A stretch of 64,000 bases of DNA from Candidatus Adlerbacteria bacterium (GCA_903851045.1 CAINNF010000019.1:47854-111853), one strand, 5' to 3'; numbered from the stretch's first letter, positions 49,300 to 59,529 are shown. The notes: generated by a model not told the origin, from the sequence alone. Translations and numbers: made by a program.

Positions 49300-50661
49300 A
49301 TGTTGCTGGAGGAGTTCAAAAAGAAGATGCCGAAGATCCCGGATACGCCGGGAGTATATTTCTTTCTTCGCCCTGCGAAGCCTCGGCGAAGTGGGGTTGG
49401 TGGTAGAGAGATTCTGTACATCGGCAAAGCGACCTCACTGCGCGACCGGACGCGCTCATATTTTACCCCTGACATCGCGAGCGTGCGCAGCACACTCATC
49501 GCCCAGATGGTCGCGCTCGCTACACGTATCGAATGGCGCCAGACCGACTCTGTGCTCGAAGCGCTCATCCTCGAGGCGAACTTGGTGCGCACGCACAAAC
49601 CGAAATATAATACTGACCTCAAAGACGATAAAAGTTTCAATTACGTCGTCGTCACCAAAGAGCATTTTCCGCAGATACTATTAGTACGAGGGAAAGAACT
49701 AGAACATACAGCACAGGCCGCCGCCGGCAAAGTCGACTTCTCCGCTGGGACCGTTCTTTACGCTGCGAAGTCGACTTTGCCGGCGGCTTACACGTTTGGG
49801 CCGTTTCCGCATGGCGCACAGCTTAAGGAGGCGCTACGTATCATTCGCAAGATCTTCCCCTATCGCGACCACAAGTGCATTCCTGCAGAGACGATGCTCA
49901 AGGCGAGTAAGAGACCAAAAGCCTGTTTTAATCGTCACATCGGTTTGTGTCCTGGCGTATGCACCGGCGAGATCTCGAAGGTGGAATATGCGAAGATCGT
50001 GCGTCGCATTGTGCTGCTCTTTCAAGGCAAGAAGAGTATGCTCTTGAAGGGTCTCGAGCGAGATATGAAGCAGGCCGCCAAGGACGAGGATTTTGATCAG
50101 GCTATTACTCTTAGAAAGCAGATTTTCGCGTTTAACCACATTCAGGATGTGTCGCTGATCAAGAATGAGTATCGTTCGACCTTCCTCGACCCCGCTCAGA
50201 GCAAGTCGCTCACCGCAAGTCGCATCGAGGCGTACGACGTGGCGCATCTCCAGGGGAGCGCGGCGGTCGGGGTCATGACGGTCGTGCAAGATGGCCTCGC
50301 GCTGAAGTCCGACTACCGAAAGTTCAAGATACAGGTCGCGAAAGCGGGCGACGACCCCGGAGCGCTCAAAGAGATCCTATCGCGTCGTCTTGGTCACAGC
50401 GAGTGGCCGATGCCTCGACTTATCGTGGTCGACGGCGCGACCGCCCAGATAAACGCAGCCCATAAAGTACTGCACGACCTCGGCATCAGTATCCCTATTG
50501 TCGGTGTCGTGAAGGATGAGAAGCATCGTCCACGCGAGATCAGAGGGGACAAAAAACATATTGCTGGTGTCGAGCGGGACATCCTGCTTGCCAACGCCGA
50601 GGCACACCGCTTTGCAATCGGCTACCATCGCTCCAAGAGCCGCAAGGAACTTCTGTCATAA
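49300..50661 (+). CDS. uvrC: Excinuclease ABC subunit C (lacks C-terminal HhH2)
   Basis: GIY-YIG (PGVYFF...YIGKATSLRDRTRSYF), UVR domain (DFDQAITLRKQIFAF), endonuclease domain; 453 aa from MLLEEF. Confidence 0.85.
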   Translation: MLLEEFKKKMPKIPDTPGVYFFLRPAKPRRSGVGGREILYIGKATSLRDRTRSYFTPDIASVRSTLIAQMVALATRIEWRQTDSVLEALILEANLVRTHKPKYNTDLKDDKSFNYVVVTKEHFPQILLVRGKELEHTAQAAAGKVDFSAGTVLYAAKSTLPAAYTFGPFPHGAQLKEALRIIRKIFPYRDHKCIPAETMLKASKRPKACFNRHIGLCPGVCTGEISKVEYAKIVRRIVLLFQGKKSMLLKGLERDMKQAAKDEDFDQAITLRKQIFAFNHIQDVSLIKNEYRSTFLDPAQSKSLTASRIEAYDVAHLQGSAAVGVMTVVQDGLALKSDYRKFKIQVAKAGDDPGALKEILSRRLGHSEWPMPRLIVVDGATAQINAAHKVLHDLGISIPIVGVVKDEKHRPREIRGDKKHIAGVERDILLANAEAHRFAIGYHRSKSRKELLS

Positions 50662-50699
50662 GGTTTCTTTTGCTCAAGAGGCTGGGTTATACTAGTGGT

Positions 50700-51677
50700 A
50701 TGAAAACGGTGGTGGGGGTGCTGCGTGGTGGGCCGAGTAACGAATATGAGATCTCGCTCATGTCGGGTGCCAGCGTGCTGAACACGCTCGACCAGGAAAA
50801 GTACGCTGCACGCGACATCTTTATCGACCGCAACGGCAATTGGCACCTCCACGGGGTCGCCGTGCCACCCGAGAAGGCGCTGCGCGGGGTGGATGTGGCG
50901 TTCAACGTGCTCCACGGTGAGTATGGGGAGAGCGGCGAGGTCCAGCGGATACTCGAGTCAATCGGCATGCCATACACCGGCTCTGACGCGTTCTCATCGA
51001 CGCTCGCGTTCAACAAGCACACCACGAAGGAGATCGTCGAGAAGGTCGGCGTAAAAGTGGCGCGAGGCGTCGTGGTCGAGCCAGGGGCCGACATCGAGGC
51101 GACCGCACTTTCGCTCTTTCGAACCTTCCCACACCCCGCTATTGTAAAACCGCTCATCGGCGGTTCGTCGGTCGGGATGACTATCGCTGACAGCTACCAT
51201 GCACTGTTCGATGGCCTGCAGCACGCGCTCTCGGTGTCACCCAGGGTGCTCGTCGAGGAATTCATCAAGGGCAAGGAGGCGACCGTGGGCGTCATCGAAC
51301 ATTTTCGTAACGAACGGCTCTACGCCTTGATGCCGGTTGAGATTGTCCCACAAGCCGAGCATGCGTTCTTTACCTATGACGCGAAATATCACGGCGGGTC
51401 GACCGAGCGGTGCCCCGGCAACTTTACCGAAAAGGAAAAGAAGCAGCTCGAGGAAGCCGCAAAGAAGGTACACGAGGTGATGGGTGCTCGGCACTATTCG
51501 CGCTCGGACTTCATCATCTCCCGGCGGGGTATCTACTTTCTCGAGATCAACAGCGCTGCCGCGGTCGGACTCACGGGAGAGTCGCTCCTCCCGAAGGCGA
51601 TACGGGCCGTCGGCTCGACCATGCCCGGATTCGTCGACCATGTCATTGGGCTTGCTCTTAGTGGAAATAAACGCTAA
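50700..51677 (+). CDS. ddl: D-alanine--D-alanine ligase
   Basis: VLRGGPSNEYEISLMSG N-terminus, ATP-grasp motifs (HGEYGE, GSSVGM), C-terminal ...EINS. Confidence 0.85.
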   Translation: MKTVVGVLRGGPSNEYEISLMSGASVLNTLDQEKYAARDIFIDRNGNWHLHGVAVPPEKALRGVDVAFNVLHGEYGESGEVQRILESIGMPYTGSDAFSSTLAFNKHTTKEIVEKVGVKVARGVVVEPGADIEATALSLFRTFPHPAIVKPLIGGSSVGMTIADSYHALFDGLQHALSVSPRVLVEEFIKGKEATVGVIEHFRNERLYALMPVEIVPQAEHAFFTYDAKYHGGSTERCPGNFTEKEKKQLEEAAKKVHEVMGARHYSRSDFIISRRGIYFLEINSAAAVGLTGESLLPKAIRAVGSTMPGFVDHVIGLALSGNKR

Positions 51678-51689
51678 TCTAGTTTGTGT

Positions 51690-52023
51690 GAACGATGTGT
51701 TCGGCACAAAGCACTGCGTACCATGCGAAGGTGGGGTAGAGGCCTACACGCCGGACATCGCACAAGAGATGATGCGGCACCTCTCGCCGGAGTGGATGCT
51801 CATCGATAACGCGAACCTGCTCGTGCGGGAGTATCGGTTCAAGGATTTCGCCGAGTCGATGGCGTTCGCCAACAAGGTGGCAGCGATAGCTGAGGACGAG
51901 CACCACCACCCGGACCTCGCGATCGGCTACGGGAGCGTCTCGATAGAACTCTCGACGCACGCCGCGAGCGGACTCACCGAGAACGACTTCATCCTCGCCA
52001 CGAAGATAGACAAGATCCAATAG
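51690..52023 (+). CDS. Pterin-4a-carbinolamine dehydratase (PCD/DCoH-like)
   Basis: EDEHHHPD...GLTENDF signature; GTG start about 12 nt after the ddl stop. Confidence 0.7.
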
Positions 52024-52034
52024 TGCGCACACAA

Positions 52035-52107
52035 GGGCCCTTAGCTCATTTGGTAGAGCGCCTCATTTGCAATGAGGAGGTGACCGGTTCGATCCCGGTA
52101 GGGTCCA
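52035..52107 (+). tRNA. tRNA-Ala (anticodon UGC)
   Basis: Cloverleaf: acceptor GGGCCCT/AGGGTCC with G3:U70, D-arm GCTC..GAGC, anticodon stem CCTCA/TGAGG with loop TTTGCAA, T-arm GGTTCGATCCC. 73 nt, no encoded CCA. Confidence 0.9.
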
Positions 52108-53686
52108 CATCGTCGGAGTTTTGTTCGCAAAACTCCTCAAATAGCCTTGTACTGCTTAACGAATTAGCGGTTCGAAAGCCATCGCATTTAGTGTATGGAA
52201 GTCGTTCGTCAAAAAGGAAGAAATAAAGACGTTGTTTTTCTTGCGGACCTGCTTTTTGCCAGATCATTACTGGGTTTTTCAGCATTCCCGTAGACTTTGC
52301 TAGTGCGGTTCGATAAGGCACAGCGAGGTCTCGTTTAGACCCACTCGGCGAGCCCTGCTCGATCTCTTTCGCTGTTGCTTCAATCTGCTCCTCATACGCC
52401 CTCCTGACGGCGTCGGAGCGCGTGGTGCGTGCAAGTTCGGTGAGCTCACGCAACTTATCTTGCAGCTGTTCCTGTCGCCGAGCATTGAGGTTCTCTTGCT
52501 GTTTTAAGCCCACGACCTCTTGCTTCCATACTCGTTCAAATGTGAGTTGTACAAGCTCGTCCGTTTCCGCCTTGAGGCGGTTACGTCTAAGTAGCGTATC
52601 AAAGTCGCTCTCGAGGTCTGCTTTGCTTAGCATTTTTGAACGTAAGGCACAGCCTTTTGTCATGCAGTAGTAATACGGATAAGTCTTACTGCGTCCTTTG
52701 CAAAACGCACCGGTTAACTTTTGCTTGCACTCAGGGCACAACACCAAACCGCGCAGAGAAAAGTCAGATGAGACATCTCGTCGAATGCGCGTACCCGACA
52801 CCTCCTTTCTCAAACGTTTTTGGATAAGCTCAAAGGTCTCAACCGAGATTATACCTCTATGGCGTCCCTTACGACGTGCGATGCCCCAAGGTGCGTATTC
52901 GACATCTCCGCAATGAACCACGTCTTGCAACATGGCACTCACCTCATCGAGGTAATGTTCCGCGGTTCTCTTTGAGTTTTTCCAGTACTTGCGCTTAAAA
53001 AGAAACCGAGCGACGTCCACTTTGCGAATGAGGTTGCCTGACGCAAAAGCTTCGAGAGCTTCCTTCAAAATGCGACCGTCTTTGTTTGGGACAAGCAACT
53101 TACCGTGGAGTGGGTCTTTGATCATGTCGTAACCCCTTTTACCTCCAAATGACCAGTAGCCGAGCTCAAGACGCGCTTTCATTTTTTGAATAACTTGGCG
53201 GCGGTTTTGTTTGCGTTCTAGTTGCGCTTGACCTGCGAAGATGAGCTCGACAAACTCGCCCTCCTCACTCTCGTCAAAGTTGTAATTTGGACACCTCAAC
53301 TTAATATCTCTTATTTTAAAGGCAGCACGTAGTTTGAAGTGTGCATTTACATCACGCGCAAGGCGCTTTAGGTCATCAAGATCGACAACAAACTTCTTGT
53401 GTGGATGTGCATCTATGTACGCAAGCATCGCTCGCATTGCAGGGCGGAGCATAAAGTCGCCGGCACCGGTAAAAGTATCTGGAAATGTCTTTACAAAAGG
53501 TACTCCGATCGATCGTAAGTCCTGTTTACAGCGCTCCTCTTGGCTTTCGCGTCCGTGCCCCTCTTTCTCTTGGCGCTTGCTTGAGACGCGCACGTACACA
53601 AGACCCTCTCTACCAGCGTAGGGGTTAGCGTCCTCCACTATTTGCTGGAACTCTTTTCTAACTTTTTGTATTGACATAGTTTTCAA
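52046..53686 (-). CDS. Large serine recombinase (resolvase/invertase N-domain, recombinase domain, Zn-ribbon); the ORF reads antisense through the tRNA-Ala 3' end
   Basis: LVYVRVSSKRQ (catalytic Ser), recombinase-domain motifs, CPECKQ...YYYC...C zinc ribbon, C-terminal coiled coil. The last ~20 codons are antisense tRNA, so the real C-terminus may be shorter. Confidence 0.8.
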   Translation of the reverse strand: MKTMSIQKVRKEFQQIVEDANPYAGREGLVYVRVSSKRQEKEGHGRESQEERCKQDLRSIGVPFVKTFPDTFTGAGDFMLRPAMRAMLAYIDAHPHKKFVVDLDDLKRLARDVNAHFKLRAAFKIRDIKLRCPNYNFDESEEGEFVELIFAGQAQLERKQNRRQVIQKMKARLELGYWSFGGKRGYDMIKDPLHGKLLVPNKDGRILKEALEAFASGNLIRKVDVARFLFKRKYWKNSKRTAEHYLDEVSAMLQDVVHCGDVEYAPWGIARRKGRHRGIISVETFELIQKRLRKEVSGTRIRRDVSSDFSLRGLVLCPECKQKLTGAFCKGRSKTYPYYYCMTKGCALRSKMLSKADLESDFDTLLRRNRLKAETDELVQLTFERVWKQEVVGLKQQENLNARRQEQLQDKLRELTELARTTRSDAVRRAYEEQIEATAKEIEQGSPSGSKRDLAVPYRTALAKSTGMLKNPVMIWQKAGPQEKQRLYFFLFDERLPYTKCDGFRTANSLSSTRLFEEFCEQNSDDVDPTGIEPVTSSLQMRRSTK

Positions 53687-53906
53687 GTTCGTCCCGTATC
53701 ACATTCCGACAAAGTGCTTCGAGGTAACGCAGCCGATCGAGTATCTGTTCATCCGTGCTCTTGTTGTCCTTGAGCATTTTTCGATACTCGGCAATGGATA
53801 CTACCGTGGGGCAAGTATCATCATCTCTAGCTTGCGCACGAATAGCAACGACGTTTTTCTCGTCGAGTGTATTGCGTCTTTTGTTTTTGTTTGTGTCGGA
53901 CTTCAT
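53658..53906 (-). CDS. Small charged hypothetical protein upstream of the recombinase (possible regulator/RDF)
   Basis: 82 aa; overlaps the recombinase start by ~29 nt. Confidence 0.35.
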   Translation of the reverse strand: MKSDTNKNKRRNTLDEKNVVAIRAQARDDDTCPTVVSIAEYRKMLKDNKSTDEQILDRLRYLEALCRNVIRDELENYVNTKS

Positions 53907-54290
53907 GAGAAGCCCGTTCCTTCCTTGGCAGGTTCCTGACGCTATAAATAGCGACCCGCCAAAGAAGCAAAGGGCTTCCTCGGTTGGTAGTGGCGTCAGG
54001 ATTACCGCTACATCAAAAAGACCCCGACACTTGTGTGTCAGGGCCCAACTTTTTTACTTGAGGTTCAAGCGCAAAAGTAGGGCCACCACATTTCCGATAC
54101 GTCGAAAAAGTGTTGGGCCTGCTTTTGTTTTTGAAATGCTCCAAGCAGAGACGGTTCTTGCGAACCTCGGTACCATGCTACCGATAGCGATAAAAGGGTC
54201 TAGTTGTGAAAGAGCGAGCAAGATAATTGTAGCAAGTACGTAGGCCCCGTCAAATAAAGCACCTGTGTATTTCCAGTAACTTTTACAAAA

Positions 54291-54299
54291 TGCTATAAT
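54291..54299 (+). promoter_or_regulatory. Extended -10 promoter element TGcTATAAT
   Basis: tgctataat ~200 nt upstream of the 54500 gene; the leader contains a 12-bp stem-loop (54372-54416). Confidence 0.35.
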
Positions 54300-54499
54300 T
54301 AAACGGTACAACTGAATATGAGCCTAAACCTCTAGCGGTGCTAGGGGCATGGCGATAGTAAAGTCCTGCAAAGACATAAAGAACCCGTCATGGGGTTGTC
54401 TTTGCAGGCCGTATGGGGAAACCTGTACGCTCGGCGCAAGCCGGGGTCCCGTGGCGGGCTCTTTGTGTACCTCACGGGTTTATCCGCTAAGGAAAACCC

Positions 54500-55171
54500 A
54501 TGTCAAACATTTTCATACTTTTGTTCGTAGCCTCCCTCGCCTGTGCAGTGGTTGGTGTGATCCGACCGTCCGCCATTCGTTTTCAATCACGCGTCCGAGC
54601 TCTACTCGTGTTCGGTGGAGCGACCCTCGTATCTCTTATTCTCGTTGGAATAACCTCGAGCTCTAGTCCTGTAGTCCAAGCTCCTGTTCAGACCGTAACG
54701 ACAACAACTGTCAATCAGAACGAAACTCCCGATGGACAGATCAAGCAGATCGTCATGAGCGTGCCGACCAACGGTAAATACCAAGGCTCGGGTACTATCG
54801 GAAAGGTTGATGTGTATCACGTCCCTGATCAAAACGACCCAACAAAGTTTATTGGGTGGGGTGTCGATGTTGATCTCCACATCGAGGGGTCGCGTGCTCT
54901 CATGAACGAGGAAATGGCAGAAGTTTACTACGCTCTATATTCAAACCGCAAAGATATAACCTCGATAGCGGTTTCTGCCTACGAACCAGTCAGCGATAAG
55001 TACGGTAACCAGAAAGACATGGAGGTATATCACACTTTCCTAAAGGCAGACGAGGCGTCAAAGGTTAACTGGTCGCTTGGACACGACGACTTGGTTTACA
55101 CGGTGTTGCCGAAAGTATGGACTGTTAATCTCGACATATCGGCTACTAACCCGGGACTTCTTCAAAGATAG
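54500..55171 (+). CDS. Membrane-anchored hypothetical protein (island cargo)
   Basis: Two N-terminal TM helices then a ~170-aa soluble domain; no family recognised. Confidence 0.5.
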   Translation: MSNIFILLFVASLACAVVGVIRPSAIRFQSRVRALLVFGGATLVSLILVGITSSSSPVVQAPVQTVTTTTVNQNETPDGQIKQIVMSVPTNGKYQGSGTIGKVDVYHVPDQNDPTKFIGWGVDVDLHIEGSRALMNEEMAEVYYALYSNRKDITSIAVSAYEPVSDKYGNQKDMEVYHTFLKADEASKVNWSLGHDDLVYTVLPKVWTVNLDISATNPGLLQR

Positions 55172-55175
55172 ACTT

Positions 55176-57152
55176 TTAGTCCCACAAAAGTTTAATTTTT
55201 GCGTCTATTTCGTTTTCTAACGCTGTTATCTCCTTTGCATGTTTGCGTATTTTCTCGATAAGCAAGTCCATTTTGTTTTGCTCTTTAAGTGACGGCAGAG
55301 GAATACGACTATCCAGAAACAGCTCTACCTTGAGCCTCTTTCGGTTTGTAGTACCTAGACTAGATCGAGCACACAAGTCAGCGAACTTTTTGGACTTTGT
55401 TATCCTCTGTAAATAGTCCTCAGTTATTAGGTTTTTTTGGATTGAAAAAACAGGAAAGTCTTGTGATACAACGCACCCGTCAATATCCTTTGGTATTATT
55501 CCGAACGCTCCGTTTCTAGCATCTATCTTTGAAATGAGAAACTGCCCAGCACGTCCGATAAACTGCCTCTTTGTCTTTATTTTTGATCCAACAACCTCTT
55601 GTCTCAACTCAACTCCTTTCCCGTAAAGTTTGACCGTTGCTTGCTTGTAAAGTTTATCGTTTTCTAACTTAACAATGTCTTTGGATTGAATGAGTAGGTC
55701 ACGTAGAGGAACCATCTTTGATCCATCTTTGCGCGATGTGACGGGTTTGCTTTTCAGATACGCATCAACAGATAATGTTTTTTTATCCGCTGAAAGGACA
55801 TCTTTTCTATCAATCAGTGCGATCTTTTCATTTGTTGAAGTGTAAGTCTTTCCACTTGCAATACTCTTTCTAAAACTGAGTATTGCTTCTTGAATATCTG
55901 GTAGATCATTCTCGTGGATAGGTGTTCGCTGACTTCCTAAGTCATACCCGTCAGCATCAACACGACAAAACATTAAACTGCTATTTTTTTCTGCGATAGA
56001 CTTGTCTAGGAATAAGATCGATGTTGTTACTGTTCCTGAGTAAGGATTGAACGTTCCCGCAGGTAGTGACACCACACACCACAACCCCTTTTCAAGCAGT
56101 AACTCTCTGATCCTGACGTGTGCTTTCGTGTCGCCAAAAATAACTCCTTGAGGGACAACTACACCTAATTTCCCCTTACTAGAAAGATGATCGACCATAA
56201 AGCGCAAGAAAAGGAGTTCGGTAGCTTTGGTTCCCATGCGCAGGTCTTCTGACACACTTTCCTCGTCGATCTTGCCGCTAAACGGGGGGTTGGCGAGTAT
56301 CACGTCGAACTTGTCTTTCATTCCTGTCGTATCAGTAAGTGAGTTTTGTCGATCAAGACGTGACTTTGTTAGGCCGTGGAGATGCAGGTTCATCATGCCG
56401 AACTTGATCATGTCCTCATCGCTGTCGAAACCGGTGAACATATGGTTAAACAAAAACTTTTTCTCGTCTGCAGACAACTTGTCCATTGCGCGAGGACTAC
56501 CGGCTTTCTTTAACTTGTCGCTCGTGTACTCGCCGGCGATGTAGCGGTAAGCGGCGACGAGGAAACCTGCCGTGCCACAAGCTGGGTCGAGTATTGTTTC
56601 GCCTTTCTTTGGATCAACAACCTTAACCATAAAGTCGATAATGTGGCGTGGTGTACGAAACTGGCCATTTGTACCCGCAGACTTTAACTTTTCCAAAAGG
56701 TACTCGTACATGTCACCAAAGACGTCCTTGTTGCCCTCGTGTGCGATAGCGTCGAGCTCTTTTGCAAATGCTTCTATCTCGTGCAAAACGCGGCGCAGTG
56801 TTGGTTTATCAAATATCTTTATGTGTGCGTTACGAAAAAGAAGTTTGACGGTAGGGTTTGTCGACTTCTTTTGCAAAACATCAAACGATGCCTCAAGTGT
56901 TTTAAAGAGGTCTTCTGCGTTGAGTGCCAACAAGTTTTGCCACCGGTATTTTGCAAGATCGCCGGTGAATATCTTTCCACTTTCATCGGTGATGCCGAGC
57001 AACTCAGCTTCGTCATCTTTGATTGAAAGAGCGCGTAGAAAAAGCAGATAGTTTAATTGCTCGATGATCGTCTGCGGATTGGAGACACCGGCACCAAAGA
57101 GGATGTCCATTAGCGCGTCTATTCGGTGCTTGTAAAGTGAAATGGTATCCAT
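55176..57152 (-). CDS. hsdM: Type I-like R-M N6-adenine DNA methyltransferase fused to a single target-recognition domain (HsdM-halfS fusion)
   Basis: HsdM N-terminal helical domain, motif I DPACGTAGFL, motif IV ILANPPFSG; the C-terminal ~230 aa resemble an HsdS TRD plus conserved helix (LPSLKEQNKMDLLIEKI...LENEIDAKIK). Confidence 0.75.
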   Translation of the reverse strand: MDTISLYKHRIDALMDILFGAGVSNPQTIIEQLNYLLFLRALSIKDDEAELLGITDESGKIFTGDLAKYRWQNLLALNAEDLFKTLEASFDVLQKKSTNPTVKLLFRNAHIKIFDKPTLRRVLHEIEAFAKELDAIAHEGNKDVFGDMYEYLLEKLKSAGTNGQFRTPRHIIDFMVKVVDPKKGETILDPACGTAGFLVAAYRYIAGEYTSDKLKKAGSPRAMDKLSADEKKFLFNHMFTGFDSDEDMIKFGMMNLHLHGLTKSRLDRQNSLTDTTGMKDKFDVILANPPFSGKIDEESVSEDLRMGTKATELLFLRFMVDHLSSKGKLGVVVPQGVIFGDTKAHVRIRELLLEKGLWCVVSLPAGTFNPYSGTVTTSILFLDKSIAEKNSSLMFCRVDADGYDLGSQRTPIHENDLPDIQEAILSFRKSIASGKTYTSTNEKIALIDRKDVLSADKKTLSVDAYLKSKPVTSRKDGSKMVPLRDLLIQSKDIVKLENDKLYKQATVKLYGKGVELRQEVVGSKIKTKRQFIGRAGQFLISKIDARNGAFGIIPKDIDGCVVSQDFPVFSIQKNLITEDYLQRITKSKKFADLCARSSLGTTNRKRLKVELFLDSRIPLPSLKEQNKMDLLIEKIRKHAKEITALENEIDAKIKLLWD

Positions 57153-57156
57153 GTTT

Positions 57157-59529
57157 TTACAACGTTAATATCTTTGCGTTTGAAATATCCGACACGAGCT
57201 CAGTAAGCTCCTCTTTCGAGAAAACATCAAGCCACTCGGACACTGAGTATGCCTGTGCGAACTCATCCCAGCGCAAGAAGTCGAGTGTCGGGTTTGCCTG
57301 TACAGTTTGGCGGAACTTATCGTTTGAGATCGCTTGGTCAGCAATAAACTCGACCATGACCGCGCGTTTGAATGAGCTCTCTGGTTTGTCGGATTGAGCA
57401 AACTTATTTACCAGTGCTTCTTTGAACGAAGTGAGCTGCTCGTCACGGGTCGGAAGTGGCTGCTTGCCGATCGCAGACAAGAAAAACTCGCGCACGCCAG
57501 CGACGATGCGATGCGAGACCTGCAAGTTTTCCTCGTTGAAGTACAGCTTTGGTTTGTTGAGGAGTGTTTCGTTGATCTCGGTGATAAGGTCCTCAACTTT
57601 GTCCGGGTCCTCAAGGGCGCCGGACACCATGTCGGTCTTATTGCTCATGAAAGTCTGGACTGCTTTCGTCCACTCGTCACGGTACATATTTCGGTCCACA
57701 GTGTCGCCTTCAGGGAGGGTTATTACGTCCCGGGTCAAAACAACGTCCGGGGTTTGGGAGACACGAGGCTCGGAAAGGCCCTTATCTTGGTCCACGGGGC
57801 CCACATCTCCAGAACCTGCTGTACCGGTCGAACTGGTGGTGAGACCTCCCTCACGGGCCAATTTAGCGGGGGCTTCCCAGTCGTATTTGTCGTCGAAGTA
57901 AGAAACCACCCCACAAAAGTCGAAAACAACGAACTCTTTCTTGCCGATCTCGGGGCACAGGCGGGTACCTCGTCCTTTGATCTGTTGGTACGTGATCGGG
58001 TCGAAGATGGGGCGTGCGAGCAGGATGTTTAATATCTCTGGACAATCAAAACCAGTAGCGAGCATGTCCACAGTCACACCGATGCGCGGTAGTTTGTTTG
58101 TGTCTTTGGCAAAGTCTTTTGCGATGTCGTGTGCGCCGGGAATGCGTGAGGTGATGGTCATTGCAAAGCGACCACCATATTCAGGCTTGAGTTCGTTTAA
58201 TATTTTTTCGAGTGCAAGCGCGTGGTCTTGTGAGACTGCAAAAATAAGCGTCTTGCCGATCTCGCCATCTGGCGTGCGCACTGCATGCTCGAGGAACTCC
58301 TCCATCATGCGGCGGTTGCGCACTGGGAAGTGCACTTTCTTTTCAAGGTCGCGTATCTTGATGCTTTCGCCCTCCTCAAGCTCCACGTCGTTGAGTTCGG
58401 TGATGCCCTCCTCGGAGAGTGCTTGCTGTGTGATCGACGTGTTCATTTTGTGATACTTCGGTGGTATCAAAAACTTTGCAGCCACGCCGTCTTGGAGTGT
58501 GTATCGGTATGTCGCTACACCATCATCGCAACCGAAGTAACGATATGTGTCGCGTTGAACACGACGCTCAAGTTTGCGTGGGTCTTTTTCTGCGAGCTTG
58601 TCGGTATTTATGTTCTTGAGGAAGTCGCGCGGCGTTGCGGTGAGACCGATCTTGGTTGCGCCGACGAAATGGTCGACCGCTGCGCGTGCCTCAGGTGAGT
58701 AAATACTGCGATGTGCCTCGTCATGGATTATGAGATCGAAATATCCGGGTGAAAAGTCACGACCGCCGTGGAGCATGAGCGACTGTATGGTTGCCACGAC
58801 CACGTTTGAACCAGTGAGGTTTTTTCTGTTTGAACCCCAATAAGTACCGACAGCTGAGACACCACGAAGCAACTTCTCAAAAGTATTTTTAGTCTGGATA
58901 GCGAGTGACTTACGATCTACCAAAAAAAGGACGTTCTGCGCATTGTTGGAACGCAAAAAGCGAGAGATGATGAGTGAAGCCAAAACGGTTTTACCAGTAC
59001 CAGTCGCCATTTCCAAAAGAAAAGCATGTTTACCCTTGTCGTAGTTTTCTGCGATCGCGTTCCATGCGTCGATCTGGTACGGACGGAGCGTTACATTGTC
59101 TGCGACATCATTGAAGTAGCTCTCAGTAACCGGCTCCTCGCTAAACTTCTTTGCGAGGTTCATTGAGCGCGAACTTTGGCGGCGCATTAGGTCCTCTTGC
59201 GAGAAAAAAGCTGGCACTACTTGCGCATCACCGCCGTTATCGAGGTCCCACAAGTACACGAGCTTATCGTTAGCAAGGTAAATAAAACGTACTTTTGGGT
59301 ACTGTGCCTGAATGTAGTCGAATGCTTGTTTCTTTGCGCTGTATGGATCGACATCAGGGCGCTTTGCTTCGATGAGCGCGATAGCGTGACCGGAAGTGTC
59401 TTTGAGAACGTAGTCGGCGCGACCAGCATCTCCATGGTCCTCAAAAATAACTTGAGATGAGTTCTCAATGTCCCAGCCCGCTTCGCGGAGTTTTTTATCG
59501 ATAATGACGCGTGAGTATGCCTCGTTCAT
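57157..59529 (-). CDS. hsdR: Type I restriction enzyme R subunit, compact (EcoEI/Type IB-like)
   Basis: N-terminal PD-(D/E)xK (ADYVL...ALIEAKR), SF2 helicase motifs (MATGTGKT, IIHDEAH, helicase-C), C-terminal EcoEI_R_C-like region. Start placed at MNEAYSRV; the ORF extends to 59580. Confidence 0.8.
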   Translation of the reverse strand: MNEAYSRVIIDKKLREAGWDIENSSQVIFEDHGDAGRADYVLKDTSGHAIALIEAKRPDVDPYSAKKQAFDYIQAQYPKVRFIYLANDKLVYLWDLDNGGDAQVVPAFFSQEDLMRRQSSRSMNLAKKFSEEPVTESYFNDVADNVTLRPYQIDAWNAIAENYDKGKHAFLLEMATGTGKTVLASLIISRFLRSNNAQNVLFLVDRKSLAIQTKNTFEKLLRGVSAVGTYWGSNRKNLTGSNVVVATIQSLMLHGGRDFSPGYFDLIIHDEAHRSIYSPEARAAVDHFVGATKIGLTATPRDFLKNINTDKLAEKDPRKLERRVQRDTYRYFGCDDGVATYRYTLQDGVAAKFLIPPKYHKMNTSITQQALSEEGITELNDVELEEGESIKIRDLEKKVHFPVRNRRMMEEFLEHAVRTPDGEIGKTLIFAVSQDHALALEKILNELKPEYGGRFAMTITSRIPGAHDIAKDFAKDTNKLPRIGVTVDMLATGFDCPEILNILLARPIFDPITYQQIKGRGTRLCPEIGKKEFVVFDFCGVVSYFDDKYDWEAPAKLAREGGLTTSSTGTAGSGDVGPVDQDKGLSEPRVSQTPDVVLTRDVITLPEGDTVDRNMYRDEWTKAVQTFMSNKTDMVSGALEDPDKVEDLITEINETLLNKPKLYFNEENLQVSHRIVAGVREFFLSAIGKQPLPTRDEQLTSFKEALVNKFAQSDKPESSFKRAVMVEFIADQAISNDKFRQTVQANPTLDFLRWDEFAQAYSVSEWLDVFSKEELTELVSDISNAKILTL

